From an uncultured Phycisphaerales bacterium (lineage in GTDB: Bacteria > Planctomycetota > Phycisphaerae > Tepidisphaerales > Tepidisphaeraceae): DNA of 64,000 bases. The stretch's first letter is position 1, and each line of letters begins with the position of its first letter. Both the position numbers and the translations under genes were made by a program. The notes under the pieces are model-generated. The model searched no databases, was not told the origin of the DNA, and saw only the letters and a list, made by a program, of their open reading frames with translations. The DNA lies in contig CAWJPJ010000006.1 in assembly GCA_963844715.1 (NCBI GenBank), positions 640,001 through 704,000 on the forward strand, in the 5' to 3' direction. Below, in pieces: positions 1 to 10,690 of the stretch.

Positions 1-564
1 AAATCAGATGGACGGAGAAAATCGCCACATCAATCTCAGCCCCAGCCTGTCGCTTCGAATTATTCTCTCCCACGTGAAAGACGGCGTGGAGATGGCGCGC
101 GAATACGCGCTGCCGACCAGTCTGCTGCCGATCATTCAGCAGCATCACGGCACGACTCTGGTGGAATATTTCTATCACCAGGCGGTGACCCAGCAGGATC
201 AGCAGGCGGATATTTCGCCGGAAGTTAGCGACGCGGAATACCGATACCCCGGCCCCAAGCCCAAGAGCAAGGAATCCGCCATTGTGATGGTTGCCGACGC
301 CGTCGAGAGCTGCGCCGGGCAACGCGCGAGCCCACGCCGGCGAGAATCGAAACCCTGATCCATGAGCTTGCCATGAAGCGGCTCCACGACGGCCAATTCG
401 ATGAATGCGATCTGACCATGCGAGATCTGGAACGCATCGAGCGCTCGCTGGCCAAAACGCTTCAGGGCATTTATCACGGTCGAATCGCCTACCCCACCAC
501 AAGTTCGGCCGCCCCGGTTACCGCGACCCCCGCACCCGGACCGGCAGCGACCAAATCCGCGTGA
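1..564 (+). CDS. HD-domain phosphohydrolase, C-terminal part (7TM-HD / PgpH-like cyclic-di-AMP phosphodiesterase family); 5' end outside window; frameshift near 315
   Basis: SHVKDG, IQQHHGTTLVEYFY, YRYPGPKPKSKESAIVMVAD in ORF 8..358, continuing as DGQFDECDLT...YHGRIAYP in ORF 373..564; usual position upstream of ybeY. Confidence 0.85.
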
Positions 565-1073
565 AAAACAACCTAAATTTGACCATCGCGGCTCTTGTCG
601 GCAGCCGTTGGGCTGGATTTCTGGAACAGCACCTGCGCCGCGCTCACGAATTGTTGCGATCTCCGCTGGAGGATATGGCGGTCACTATCGCGGGCGATGC
701 GCTGATGCGCAAACTTCACCATCGCTACCTGGGCGATTCCGCTTCCACGGATGTGCTCACGTTCGAGCTGGACAAGAACAATTCCGGAGCGGTGGTTTCG
801 GGACAGATTGTAATATGTCTTCCCGTGGCCCGCCGAGCTGCAAAGATTCGTGGCATTCCCATCGAAAAAGAATTGCTCCTTTACGCTTTGCATGGCATGT
901 TGCACCTCGCCGGGTTCGACGATAGAACCGTCGCGGGTTTCAACGCCATGCACAAGAAGGAAGACCAAATTCTGATCCAAATGGGGATCGGCCCGGTCTT
1001 TCGTCCAAAGAATCCGCAAATTGCCGGGCGAAGAAGATCGCGCGGCGCGGTAAAATCGGGAACAGCGCGATGA
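561..1073 (+). CDS. ybeY: rRNA maturation endoribonuclease YbeY
   Basis: TDVLTF and HGMLHLAGFDD zinc motif; GTG at 561 overlaps the upstream stop (GTGA). Confidence 0.92.
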   Translation: MKNNLNLTIAALVGSRWAGFLEQHLRRAHELLRSPLEDMAVTIAGDALMRKLHHRYLGDSASTDVLTFELDKNNSGAVVSGQIVICLPVARRAAKIRGIPIEKELLLYALHGMLHLAGFDDRTVAGFNAMHKKEDQILIQMGIGPVFRPKNPQIAGRRRSRGAVKSGTAR

Positions 1074-2354
1074 AACTCTATCTCACCATCGCCGGCGTCG
1101 CCGCTGCCTCGCTCCTCTCGTTTATCTTCTCATCCCTGACCTATTCCCTGCGCGAATTTTCCCGCCAGCGCCTGGCCGAACTTCTGGGCAAGCGCGACGC
1201 CGACCACTGGTTCGAAACGCTCACCGAGCAGACCGCCGACCTTGTTTTCCTTACCGCGGTCGCACGGCAGGTTTGCAACGTGACAATCTGGGCGTTCACG
1301 TTCGCGGCGTTTGAACAGACGGATTTGAGCCGCATTTTTTCGCTACGGAATGACGATTGTCGTGGCCGTGATCATCGCGGTTTTCTGCTCCATCGCCGTG
1401 CCTTACGCGGCGGCGCGCTACGCCTCGGCGGAAATCGTCGGAACCGCCGCCCCGCTGCTTGGCGGGCTCTATTGGCTCTTCGCTCCGATGACGAAGCTGA
1501 TGCACAAGATCGATCACACCGTCCGTCGCGCCCTGGGAGCCGATCAAACCAGGACGGATCACCAGCACATCGAGGATGATATTCTTTCGGCCGTCGAGGA
1601 AGGCGAAAAGGAAGGCGTCGTCAAGCCGCAGGAACGCGAGATGATCGAATCGATCATGGAATTCGCCCAGGCGACCGTCGGCCAGATCATGACCCCCCGG
1701 CAGGAATTCTCCGCCATCAGCGCCAAAGCGACCCTTGACGACGCCAAGCGCGCCATTGAATCGAGCGGGCATTCGCGCATCCCCCTGTATGACGGAACCC
1801 TCGATCACGTCATCGGCTTCCTTCACGCGCGCGATCTCATCAAATATCTAGGGTCCGCCACCGAGCCTTTCGACGCGCGGCGGGCCATGCGCCCGGTGGT
1901 CTTCGTCCCCGAGACCAAACCTCTGCGCGATCTGCTAAACGATTTTCGCGCTCAGAAGGTACACATCGCCATTGTGCTCGACGAATACGGAAGCACCGCG
2001 GGGCTGGTCACGATCGAAGACATCCTGGAAGAACTGGTCGGCGAAATATCCGACGAGCACGAACCGGCGGAGCCCCCGATGTTCAAAAAGATCGACGAGA
2101 AATCCGCGGATGCCGATGCGCGCATCACCATCGAGCAGCTCAATCGCCTGCTGGGGATTTCGCTGCCTGAAGACGCGGGCTACGAAACTCTGGGCGGATT
2201 CCTGACGACCGTGCTGGCCAAGATCCCGGAAAAGGGCGCGACGTTCGATCAAAACGGGGTCCGCTACACGGTGCTCGACGCCGAGCCGCAGCGGATCAAG
2301 CGCGTGAAGATCGAAATGTTGCCCGCCACGGCGGACGTCCGCCGCGCCGGGTAA
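1070..2354 (+). CDS. Hemolysin/CNNM family protein (DUF21 TM + CBS pair + CorC_HlyC); frameshift near 1340
   Basis: Hydrophobic N-terminus (ORF 1070..), then IMTPR, HSRIPLY, VLDEYGSTAGLVTIEDILEELVGEI and YETLGGF (ORF 1350..2354). Confidence 0.9.
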
Positions 2355-2546
2355 CGAGTTTTTGCGCAGATTCGCAGCCAAATCGGCGGTTTTACCGAAA
2401 CACGCGCCGATCAGAACCTGCGCTGCCAGCGGTCATCCGCATCTCCATGCCCCATAAGACTTTGCAACCGATTCGAGTCTTCACGGGTTGTAACAGGCGT
2501 CTTTAACCACTAAACTACCCGACTTTCCCCAACGGGCAGGTTTTTC

Positions 2547-3601
2547 TTGATCATTGTCATGCAATCCAACGCACCCCAGGCGGCCATCGACCGGGTGGTT
2601 CGTGAAATCGAGAAGATGGGGTGCCAGCCGCACCTTTCCCAGGGTCGATTCCGAACCGTCATCGGCGCCGTCGGCGAAGAAGCCAACATCGATCAAAACC
2701 ATCTGGCGACTCTGGACGGCGTGGAAAAAGTCGTCCCCATCATGAAGCCTTACAAACTCGCCAGCCGCGAGTTTCATGAGGAGGATTCGATCGTCGAGGT
2801 GGGCGGCGGAACTGTGCCGAAAGTAAAGGTCGGCGGCCTCCACACGGTCTGCATCGCCGGGCCTTGCGCGGTCGAAAATGAAACCATGCTGCGCACCATC
2901 GCCCGCCAAGTGCGAGACCGCGGCGCGACGATTTTCGCGGGGGCGTCTACAAGCCGCGCACAAGTCCCTATTCGTTCCAGGGATTGGGCGAATCGGCCCT
3001 GAAGTTAATGCGCCAAACCGGCGACGAACTGGGGATGCCCATCTGCGTCGAAGTCATGGACACCCGGCAGGTCGAGCCGATGGAAAAGTTCGTCGACTGC
3101 TTTCAGATCGGCGCGCGGAACATGCAGAATTTCGATCTCCTCCGCGAAGTCGGAAAAACCCGAAAAGCCGTGCTCCTCAAGCGCGGGCTGGCCGCCAGCG
3201 TGAAGGATTGGCTTCTTTCCGCGGAATATATTTTGAGCATGGGGAATCGCTCCCTCATCCTCTGCGAGCGCGGAATCAAAACTTTTGAAGACAGCATTCG
3301 CTACACGCTGGACGTAACCAGCTTCCCGGTTTTGCGGAAGCTGACCCATTTGCCCGTGATCATCGATCCGAGCCATGCCGCGGGCGTTCGGGATTACGTT
3401 CCGGCGATCGCCGCGGCGGGAATCGCCGCCGGAGCCAACGGCTTGATCGTAGAAGTTCATTACTGCCCCTCCGAAGCCCAGTGCGACGGGCCGCAGGCGC
3501 TCTTGCCCGAGGTTTTCGGGGATTTAATGTCCCAATTGAGGAAGATCGCCGCCGTCTTCGGGCGCGAATTCGCCGAGGTCGGCGAGCCGGTCCACAACTA
3601 G
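2547..3601 (+). CDS. aroF: 3-deoxy-7-phosphoheptulonate (DAHP) synthase, type I-beta with N-terminal regulatory domain; frameshift near 2940
   Basis: MKPYKLASRE, IAGPCAVE, then YKPRTSPYSFQG (shifted frame), QIGARNMQNF, LKRG, LCERGI, DPSH, DGPQAL. Confidence 0.92.
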
Positions 3602-3612
3602 GGAATGCCAAA

Positions 3613-4368
3613 ATGAAACGCGTATCGTTCGTTGCCGGCAACTGGAAGATGAATACGACCAAAGCGACCGCCGTCGAATTGGCGAAATCCGTCGCCAAGG
3701 GTTTGCCCGCCCATGCGACGGTCGGGGTCGCCCCGCCGTTCGTCTATCTCGACGCCGTCGGCGCCGCCATCACCGGTTCGAAACTGCTGCTCGGGGCGCA
3801 GGATGTTTATTTTGAAAAGAATGGGGCGTTTACGGGCGAGATTTCAATTGAAATGCTGAAGGACCTGGCCGTGAAATTCGTGCTGACGGGGCACAGCGAG
3901 CGCCGGCATGTCATCCTTGAGCCGCCGGCGCTGATCGCCAAGAAGGCCGCGGCGGTATATGCCGGCGGACTGACCCTCGTGCATTGCGTGGGGGAAAAAC
4001 TCGAGCAGCGCGATGCCGGAAAGACCTTTGAGGTCGTACAATCACAATTGGATGAACTGTCGGCCCCGGCAATGCTTGACCCGGAACGGCTGGTGATCGC
4101 CTACGAGCCGGTTTGGGCCATCGGCACCGGGCGGACGGCGACCGATGCGCAGGCGGAGGAAGTTCATCAGTACATTCGCCAGTCGCTTGCGAAAAAATGG
4201 AACAAGGATTACGCGGATCACGTGCGAATCCAATATGGCGGCAGCGTCAAGCCGGAAAACGCCCGCGGTTTGCTCGCCCAGCCGGACATTGACGGAGCCC
4301 TGGTCGGCGGCGCATCGCTCAAGCCTGACGGGTTCCTGGGAATCGCCGCCGCGGCGCCGGCTCGATGA
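3613..4368 (+). CDS. tpiA: Triosephosphate isomerase
   Basis: AGNWKMN, GAFTGEIS, GHSERRH, AYEPVWAIGTG, YGGSVK, LVGGASL. Confidence 0.97.
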   Translation: MKRVSFVAGNWKMNTTKATAVELAKSVAKGLPAHATVGVAPPFVYLDAVGAAITGSKLLLGAQDVYFEKNGAFTGEISIEMLKDLAVKFVLTGHSERRHVILEPPALIAKKAAAVYAGGLTLVHCVGEKLEQRDAGKTFEVVQSQLDELSAPAMLDPERLVIAYEPVWAIGTGRTATDAQAEEVHQYIRQSLAKKWNKDYADHVRIQYGGSVKPENARGLLAQPDIDGALVGGASLKPDGFLGIAAAAPAR

Positions 4369-4387
4369 TTTATTGATCGGAGTTTCG

Positions 4388-4708
4388 ATGCTTCTCACTT
4401 TCTATTACGGGATCACCGGGCTGTTTCTGGTGCTCTGCGTCGTGTTGGTCCTGATCGTGCTCATTCAAAAAGGGCGCGGCGGAGGGATTTCCAGCGCCTT
4501 CGGGGGCTCGGGCGGAAATACCGCATTCGGTGCCAAGACCGGCGACGTGCTCACCTGGGCGACCAGCATCATATTCGGGCTCTTTATGCTTCTGGCGATC
4601 GCGCTGAATCTGATCGCCGACAAGATGGACCAGCCGCAGCAACCCACGCAACAGGCCACCCCAGCCGCGCCCGCCGCGCCCAGTGCGCCAATGCCCCCAT
4701 CCCAATAA
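4388..4708 (+). CDS. secG: Preprotein translocase subunit SecG
   Basis: TM-LIQKGRGGGISSAFGG-TM pattern directly after tpiA. Confidence 0.92.
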   Translation: MLLTFYYGITGLFLVLCVVLVLIVLIQKGRGGGISSAFGGSGGNTAFGAKTGDVLTWATSIIFGLFMLLAIALNLIADKMDQPQQPTQQATPAAPAAPSAPMPPSQ

Positions 4709-4730
4709 AACCCACCCTGGATCGACACGC

Positions 4731-5612
4731 ATGATTGTCAGCATGACCGGATTTGGAGACGCCACCGCCGAACGCGACGGCACCCATTACTCCGTGGAAA
4801 TCCGGTCGCTCAACAACCGGTACTTCAAGCCGATCATCAAGCTCCCGGATAATCTGAGCGGCCTGGAACCGGAGATCGAAACCCTGCTCCGGCAGAAGCT
4901 CGGACGGGGATCAATCACCTTCATCCTGAAAATGCGCCTCAATAGCGCCGAGGCGGCCTATCACATCAATGGGCAGGCGCTGAGGGCTTATCTGGACCAG
5001 TTGCAGGAAATTGAGGGACTGGAAAATTTCGTGCGGATCGATCTGGCGAGCCTTGTGAGTCTGCCGGGCGTGTGCCAGGAGCCGCGGGACGAATCGGACG
5101 AAATCGAAAAGCATGGCCCGGTCGTGCGCGACCTGGCCGAGGCGGCGATCACGCGATTGTCCGCCATGCGGGCGCGCGAGGGGCAGGCGATGCTGGTCGA
5201 TCTGCTGAAGCACACAAAGCAGATCACCGCGCATTTATCTGAAATTCAGACCCGCGCGCCGTTCGTCGTCGAGGATTATCACAAAAGATTGGCGATGCGC
5301 GTGAACCAGCTTGTCGCGCGAGCCGAGTTAAATATTGATCAGCGCGATCTGATCAAGGAAGTGGCGCTCTTCGCCGAGCGCGCGGACATCAGCGAGGAGA
5401 TCGCCCGCCTGCGCAGCCATCTCGAGGCGTTCGAGCAGGCGTGCAACGACAGCGAGCATTCGGGGCGAAAGCTGGACTTCATCGCCCAGGAAATGCTGAG
5501 GGAAGCGAACACGATCGCCTCCAAGGCCAACGATGCGTCCATCGCCACCCATATCGTGGACATCAAGGGCGCCATCGACCGGCTCAAGGAGCAGGTTCAG
5601 AACATCGAATAA
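4731..5612 (+). CDS. yicC: YicC/YloC family endoribonuclease
   Basis: SMTGFG, EIRSLNNRY, DISEEIARLRSH, GRKLDFIAQEMLREANTIASK, EQVQNIE. Confidence 0.93.
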   Translation: MIVSMTGFGDATAERDGTHYSVEIRSLNNRYFKPIIKLPDNLSGLEPEIETLLRQKLGRGSITFILKMRLNSAEAAYHINGQALRAYLDQLQEIEGLENFVRIDLASLVSLPGVCQEPRDESDEIEKHGPVVRDLAEAAITRLSAMRAREGQAMLVDLLKHTKQITAHLSEIQTRAPFVVEDYHKRLAMRVNQLVARAELNIDQRDLIKEVALFAERADISEEIARLRSHLEAFEQACNDSEHSGRKLDFIAQEMLREANTIASKANDASIATHIVDIKGAIDRLKEQVQNIE

Positions 5613-5613
5613 C

Positions 5614-6207
5614 ATGGAACGCCGAAAAAACCCTCCATCCGGTCTATTGGTCGTGCTCTGCGGACCCTCGGGCGTCGGCAAAAGCACCATCGCGCGCGAA
5701 CTCGCCGAAAAATACGGGCTGCATTACATCGTCAGCGCGACCACGCGGGCCAACGCACCGGGTGATGATCAGGGGAAAATCTACCAGCACATTACCGCCG
5801 ACGAATTTTTCAATCGGCTCGACAAGGATGAGTTCCTGGAATATGCCCAGGTTTATGGCGACTATTACGGAACGCCCAAGCACCCGACCCTCGAGGACCT
5901 GGCCACGGGAAAGGACGTTTTGCTGGAAATCGACGTCCAGGGGGCCTTGCAGGTGCGGTTTCAGTATCCCAATGCATTGATGATCTTCATTTTGCCGCCC
6001 GATGAGCCTACACTGTTGCAACGATTGCAAACCCGAGGCCGCGACAGCGCGGACGAAATCGCCAAACGGTTCCGGGCCGCGAAGCGTGAAATTCATATGG
6101 CCAAGGGAAGCCGGGCTTTCGATTACATGGTGATCAACGACGACCTGGACCGCGCGGTTCAGGAGATTCTCAAGATTATTCGGCACAAACGAGCCGGAGG
6201 AATTTAA
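5614..6207 (+). CDS. gmk: Guanylate kinase
   Basis: GPSGVGKST P-loop, SATTR, YYGT, EIDVQGA. Confidence 0.95.
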   Translation: MERRKNPPSGLLVVLCGPSGVGKSTIARELAEKYGLHYIVSATTRANAPGDDQGKIYQHITADEFFNRLDKDEFLEYAQVYGDYYGTPKHPTLEDLATGKDVLLEIDVQGALQVRFQYPNALMIFILPPDEPTLLQRLQTRGRDSADEIAKRFRAAKREIHMAKGSRAFDYMVINDDLDRAVQEILKIIRHKRAGGI

Positions 6208-6212
6208 CGACA

Positions 6213-6437
6213 ATGATTGAAGCACTGAAAAGCGACGAGATCGTGACCAAGGTTGGCGGCCGATTCAAACTCACCGCCCTGATTCAGAAGCGCCTGCTAG
6301 AGCTGATGGACGGCGCTCGCCCCCTCGTCGAACGGGAAAACATGACCGATCTCGAGGTGGTGGTCCAGGAGATTCTCCAGGACAAGATCGCCATCGACTA
6401 CGAAGCCAGCGGGCTCGATGCGCCGGTCGTGAAATAA
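6213..6437 (+). CDS. rpoZ: RNA polymerase omega subunit
   Basis: 74 aa; KVGGRFKLTALIQKRL; canonical gmk-rpoZ-coa gene order. Confidence 0.88.
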   Translation: MIEALKSDEIVTKVGGRFKLTALIQKRLLELMDGARPLVERENMTDLEVVVQEILQDKIAIDYEASGLDAPVVK

Positions 6438-6441
6438 AGTC

Positions 6442-7032
6442 ATGGCAGCCGAATCCCTCAAAGGGCGAGAGATCGTCATCGCGGTTTGCGGCGGTATCGC
6501 CGCCTACAAAACCGCGGACATCGTCAGCAAGCTTGTCCAGACCGGGGCGGGCGTGACGGTCGCCATGACTGAAGACGCCCGGAAGTTCGTCGCCCCGCTG
6601 ACGTTCGAGGCGCTGTCCGGCCGAGCCGTGCATACGCATACGTTCGACCTGAAGGACAGCTCCGACCCGCAGCATATCTCCCTGACGGAACAGGCGGATG
6701 TGATGCTAGTCGCCCCGGCCACGGCGAACATCCTCGCCAAAACCGCGTGCGGCCTGACGGACGACCTCGTCAGCCTGCTCATCTGCGCCGCAGCGTGCCC
6801 GGTCGTCTTCGCGCCATCGATGAATAACCGAATGTGGGAAAACGCCATCACGCAACAGAATGTCGAGAAGCTGAAATCGCTCGGCTATCGGTTTTTGGGA
6901 CCGGACTCCGGATGGCTGGCCTGCCGGAACGTAGGGGCCGGGAGAATGGCCGAGCCTCAGCATATCGTTCAAGAAATGACCAAACTCCTCGGCGAATCGG
7001 AATCTCGTCCGCGCACCAAAAAGAAAGTTTGA
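6442..7032 (+). CDS. coaC: Phosphopantothenoylcysteine decarboxylase (flavoprotein, CoaC domain only)
   Basis: GGIAAYK, HISL, VAPATAN, PSMN, LAC...GAGRM; ends where the CoaB domain of CoaBC would start. Confidence 0.88.
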   Translation: MAAESLKGREIVIAVCGGIAAYKTADIVSKLVQTGAGVTVAMTEDARKFVAPLTFEALSGRAVHTHTFDLKDSSDPQHISLTEQADVMLVAPATANILAKTACGLTDDLVSLLICAAACPVVFAPSMNNRMWENAITQQNVEKLKSLGYRFLGPDSGWLACRNVGAGRMAEPQHIVQEMTKLLGESESRPRTKKKV

Positions 7033-7035
7033 TTT

Positions 7036-7153
7036 ATCCCCTCTCCCATTCGTGCAGTTCCGGCACGGTGGGATAGGGTGAGGGGCGATTCTCGAACCTC
7101 GAAAACCGCCCCTCACCCCGACCCTCTCCCCGTGAGTACACAGGGAGAGGGAA
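7036..7153. repeat. REP-like composite palindrome (GGGTGAGGGGCG...CGCCCCTCACCC plus CCCTCTCCCC...GGGAGAGGG hairpins), copy 1
   Basis: Inverted repeats visible in sequence; reverse-complement copy at 11811-11932. Confidence 0.85.
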
Positions 7154-7159
7154 ACACAA

Positions 7160-8873
7160 ATGCCCACGATCCTCCACCAACTCGACCAGAAATTCCGCTC
7201 CGCCATCAAAGCGGCGTTCGCCATCGATTCCGACCCCCAACTCGCGGCCAGTCAAAACGACAAATTCGGCGATTACCAATCCAACGCGGCCATGGGATTG
7301 GCCAAAATCCTGGGCGAAAAGGAAGGCAAGAAGCTCAATCCCCGGGCGATTGCCGAACAGGTAAAAAGCAAACTGGAATTGGGGGAGATGGCGTCGGAGG
7401 TTTCGATCGCCGGCCCGGGTTTTATCAACGTGCGGCTGGCGCCGGCATGGTTGGCCAAAGAGCTTGCCGAGCCGCTAATTGAAAAAACCGCCAACCCGCA
7501 AACGATTGTCGTGGACTATTCGGGGCCGAATATCGCCAAGGAAATGCACGTCGGCCATTTGCGGAGCACGATTATTGGCGATGCGATCAGCCGGATTCTG
7601 GAAGACCAGGGACACAAAGTCATTCGGCAAAATCATATCGGCGATTGGGGGACGCAGTTTGGGATGCTGATCGCCTATCTCAAGGAAGCCCACCCTGAAA
7701 TCCAATCAAACCCTGAGGCGGTGTTTCTGGCTGACCTCGAAGAATTTTATCGAAGCGCCAAGCAAAGGTTTGATGGCGATCCGCAGTTTGCGAACAAAGC
7801 CCGCAAAGATGTTACCGAGTTGCAGGGAGGCGGACAGGCGGAATTAAACTGGTGGAAATTCATCGTTCAACAGACTCGCGCACTATACAAAGATATATCG
7901 TGAGCTGGAGGTAAAGCTCGGACCCAACGACGAACGGGGTGAATCATCCTACAACGATCAGCTTTCGTCCGTCGTCGCTGAGCTAAAACAGAAGAATATC
8001 GCGATCGATTCCGAAGGCGCCGTCGTCGTCAAAGCACCCGGCTACGAATCCCCCCTGATTATTCAAAAATCCGACGGCGGATATCTCTACGGCACGACTG
8101 ATCTCGCCGCCATTCGGTTTCGAATCAAGGACCTGCACGCCGATAAGATCATTTACACCCACGACAGTCGCCAGCAGCAGCACTTCAATCAGGTCTTTTG
8201 GACCGCCGAGCAGGCCGGCTGGGCCAAACCCGGAATGCTGATTTACGCCCCCTTCGGCTCCATGCTGGGCGAAGACGGCAAGCCCTTCAAAACCCGCACC
8301 GGCGGAACGGTGAAGCTCAAGGAATTACTCGACGAAGCCGAGCAGCGGGCCCTGGCCGTGGTAACGGAGAAGAATCCCGAGTTGCCAGGAGAGAAGCGGG
8401 AGCAGATTGCCCATGCCGTCGGGATCGGGGCGGTGAAGTATGCCGATCTGGCCAAGGATCGGATCAGCGATTATGTCTTCTCCTTCGACAAGATGCTGGC
8501 CCTGGATGGGAATACCGCGCCGTACCTTCAATACGCCCACGCCCGAATTCGCTCCATCGGCCGCAAGGCCGTCGAAAGCGGCGTAAAACCCGGAAACGTG
8601 ACCCTCCAATCGCCTTACGAATTGGCCCTGGCGAAACATATTCTGCGCTTTACAGAGGTGGTGGAATTGGCGGCTCGCGAATTGAAGCCGCATTATCTGT
8701 GCACCTACCTTTACGAATTGGCAACACGTTTCAGCGGGTTTTACGAGAATTGCCCGGTGCTGCAAAGCGAACCAGAGATTCGCGCAAGCCGATTGGCGTT
8801 ATGCGAATTTACCGCCAAGGCCTTGGAGACGGGGTTGGATCTGCTCGGAATCGAACACCCGAATCAGATGTAA
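7160..8873 (+). CDS. argS: Arginine--tRNA ligase; frameshifts near 7900 and 8200-8230
   Basis: GDYQSN, AGPGFIN, DYSGPNIAKEMHVGHLRS (HIGH), GDWGTQFG, KSDGGYLYGTTDLAA (middle frame), FKTR, GNTAPYLQYAHARI. Confidence 0.95.
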
Positions 8874-8882
8874 ATTCGTTTT

Positions 8883-9068
8883 ACCGCGAAGCCGCGACGA
8901 GCGCGAAGAAACAACAAAATCTAACCACGGATTTCACGGATGGCACGGATAAGAGAAATACAAATTTCTTCTCTTCATCCGTGTCATCCGTGAAATCCGT
9001 GGTTTAACAGTTCTTCCTTTTCTTCTTCGCGATCGGAGTCTAGCCGCCGTGGCGGGCGTCTTAGCGGC
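8883..9068. repeat. Nested palindromic repeats between convergent argS and GH44 genes
   Basis: Inner arms AACCACGGATTTCACGGATGGCACGGAT (8923-8950) and ATCCGTGTCATCCGTGAAATCCGTGGTT (8977-9004), inside outer ACCGCGAAG...GCGCGAAGAA / TTCTTCGCG arms. Confidence 0.85.
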
Positions 9069-10684
9069 TAATTCTTTATCGTGAGTCTGATCGTGCTGAC
9101 GCTGTCGGGGGGCAGTTCAATCTGTAATTTGTTGGAGTTGGCAATCTTAGTATCCGAGACCGGTTGCGGCATCTTGCCGGCTGATGTCAGGGAGAAAATC
9201 TCCATCCGCGTATAAGTCTTCGCGTTCGACAGATTGAATTCCGTGGCCAGCGGCCGGGTCGATTTGTTGATCGCGACCAGGATCATTTCGCCCGGACGAT
9301 CGGATTGAAGGCTGGCATAGATGGACGTATCGGCGGGGTCGTTCGTGGTGGCGCGGATGCTCGTATCGCCAAACGCGCCATCCTGCCCGTCGAAATCGCG
9401 GAACATACGGAACGCCGCGGCGATAAAGGGCTCATGATCAGCCAGCGGCCACTCGCACGCGGCAAACACGCCTTCGTGGCCGAAGATTCCCAGGCAATCA
9501 GCTTCAGCGATCGCGCCGGAGATTTCGTCCCACCCACCGAAGTTGTATTCGCTGATGGAGAGGCGCGTGCCCGGGTAATTGCGATTGATTTTGCCCAAGA
9601 GCCGGTGGATCAGATCGATCGGGCCGGACCCGTTCTTGGTGATCCAGCTATTTTCGACGTAGGTCGGGTCCCAAAGCGAGCGGGTGTCCTGCACGCGGGC
9701 GGCCGCCACATCCGGCGAGGAATCTTTTTCGGTAATTCGAATTTTGCGGACTCGCACCGAGGGATACCAATGGACGTCGAACACGTCGAGCAATCTGCGC
9801 CCCGCTTTTGTCCCGGCGTCTTTCATCGCCCGCAAATAAACTTCCTGAAAATCGCGCCCACCGGCGTCGGGCGCGCCTTGCAGATTCACGAACGCATGCC
9901 ACCCGTAATTTGCTGGGCCGAAGACGAGCGTGTTCGGATCGATATGCTTCACGGCCATCGCATACTGAATGCTTTTATCGATCAGTTCCGCGTAGGTCGT
10001 TTTTTCCGCATGCACCTCCGCATGAGTCTGACTCCACAGGCTCGGCTCATTATCCAACATGAACCAGATGGGGGACTTCGCATCCGTCGAGCCGTATGGA
10101 TAGCGTATCTGAACCCAATTGACGAACTCATCCTGATAAATGACGGGTGAATTCAGGTCGGGCGTCAAGGTAAATGGCGCATTCTTGAACGGCTGCTCCG
10201 GTCGAAACCGCTTACTCAGATAATCCGGGTCGCCGCGCAGGTCGCCGTCCCCTTTTTTGTCGGCCGAGACGTAACCGACCATGGGGACGGTGAGGATAAT
10301 GGCGGCGCGATTTTGCGGCGCATTTTCGATTCCCGGGATCATCGCCCCGCCGGGAAGGTCGCCCCCGCCGAGGAAATTATCATTCTGGTAATGCCAGTCA
10401 TTTCCGGCGTTGGAGGCGTTGTTGGTCCAGTTATACGCCGACCAGCGATTGCCGCCGAGGCGCGTCAGAGTGATGTTGGGATAATCCCGATCGATGGGGT
10501 GATTGACTCCGTAGATAAAGCGCGAGATCGGTTTGACGTCGGCTGTGGCGTCGATCGTGAACTGAATCGGCTCGGAAATCGACCCGGCCTGAGCTACCGC
10601 GAAGGCGCGAAGCACGCTAAGAAGAACAACCAGGGCAAATATCCAATGCTTTTTCTTGGCGTCTTCGCGCCTTGGCGGTTTCAT
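9068..10684 (-). CDS. Secreted glycoside hydrolase family 44 (endoglucanase/xyloglucanase)
   Basis: Signal peptide; RLGGNRWSAYNW..NASNAG.DW, LDNEPSLW..TH (acid/base), DVHWYP, ISEYNFGG (nucleophile). Confidence 0.88.
   Translation of the reverse strand: MKPPRREDAKKKHWIFALVVLLSVLRAFAVAQAGSISEPIQFTIDATADVKPISRFIYGVNHPIDRDYPNITLTRLGGNRWSAYNWTNNASNAGNDWHYQNDNFLGGGDLPGGAMIPGIENAPQNRAAIILTVPMVGYVSADKKGDGDLRGDPDYLSKRFRPEQPFKNAPFTLTPDLNSPVIYQDEFVNWVQIRYPYGSTDAKSPIWFMLDNEPSLWSQTHAEVHAEKTTYAELIDKSIQYAMAVKHIDPNTLVFGPANYGWHAFVNLQGAPDAGGRDFQEVYLRAMKDAGTKAGRRLLDVFDVHWYPSVRVRKIRITEKDSSPDVAAARVQDTRSLWDPTYVENSWITKNGSGPIDLIHRLLGKINRNYPGTRLSISEYNFGGWDEISGAIAEADCLGIFGHEGVFAACEWPLADHEPFIAAAFRMFRDFDGQDGAFGDTSIRATTNDPADTSIYASLQSDRPGEMILVAINKSTRPLATEFNLSNAKTYTRMEIFSLTSAGKMPQPVSDTKIANSNKLQIELPPDSVSTIRLTIKN
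10596..10679. repeat. Palindromic repeat embedded in the GH44 signal-peptide coding region
   Basis: ACCGCGAAGGCGCGAAGCACGCTAAGAA ... TTCTTGGCGTCTTCGCGCCTTGGCGGT; similar to intergenic copies at 8883 and 27433. Confidence 0.8.
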
Positions 10685-10690
10685 CCGTAT

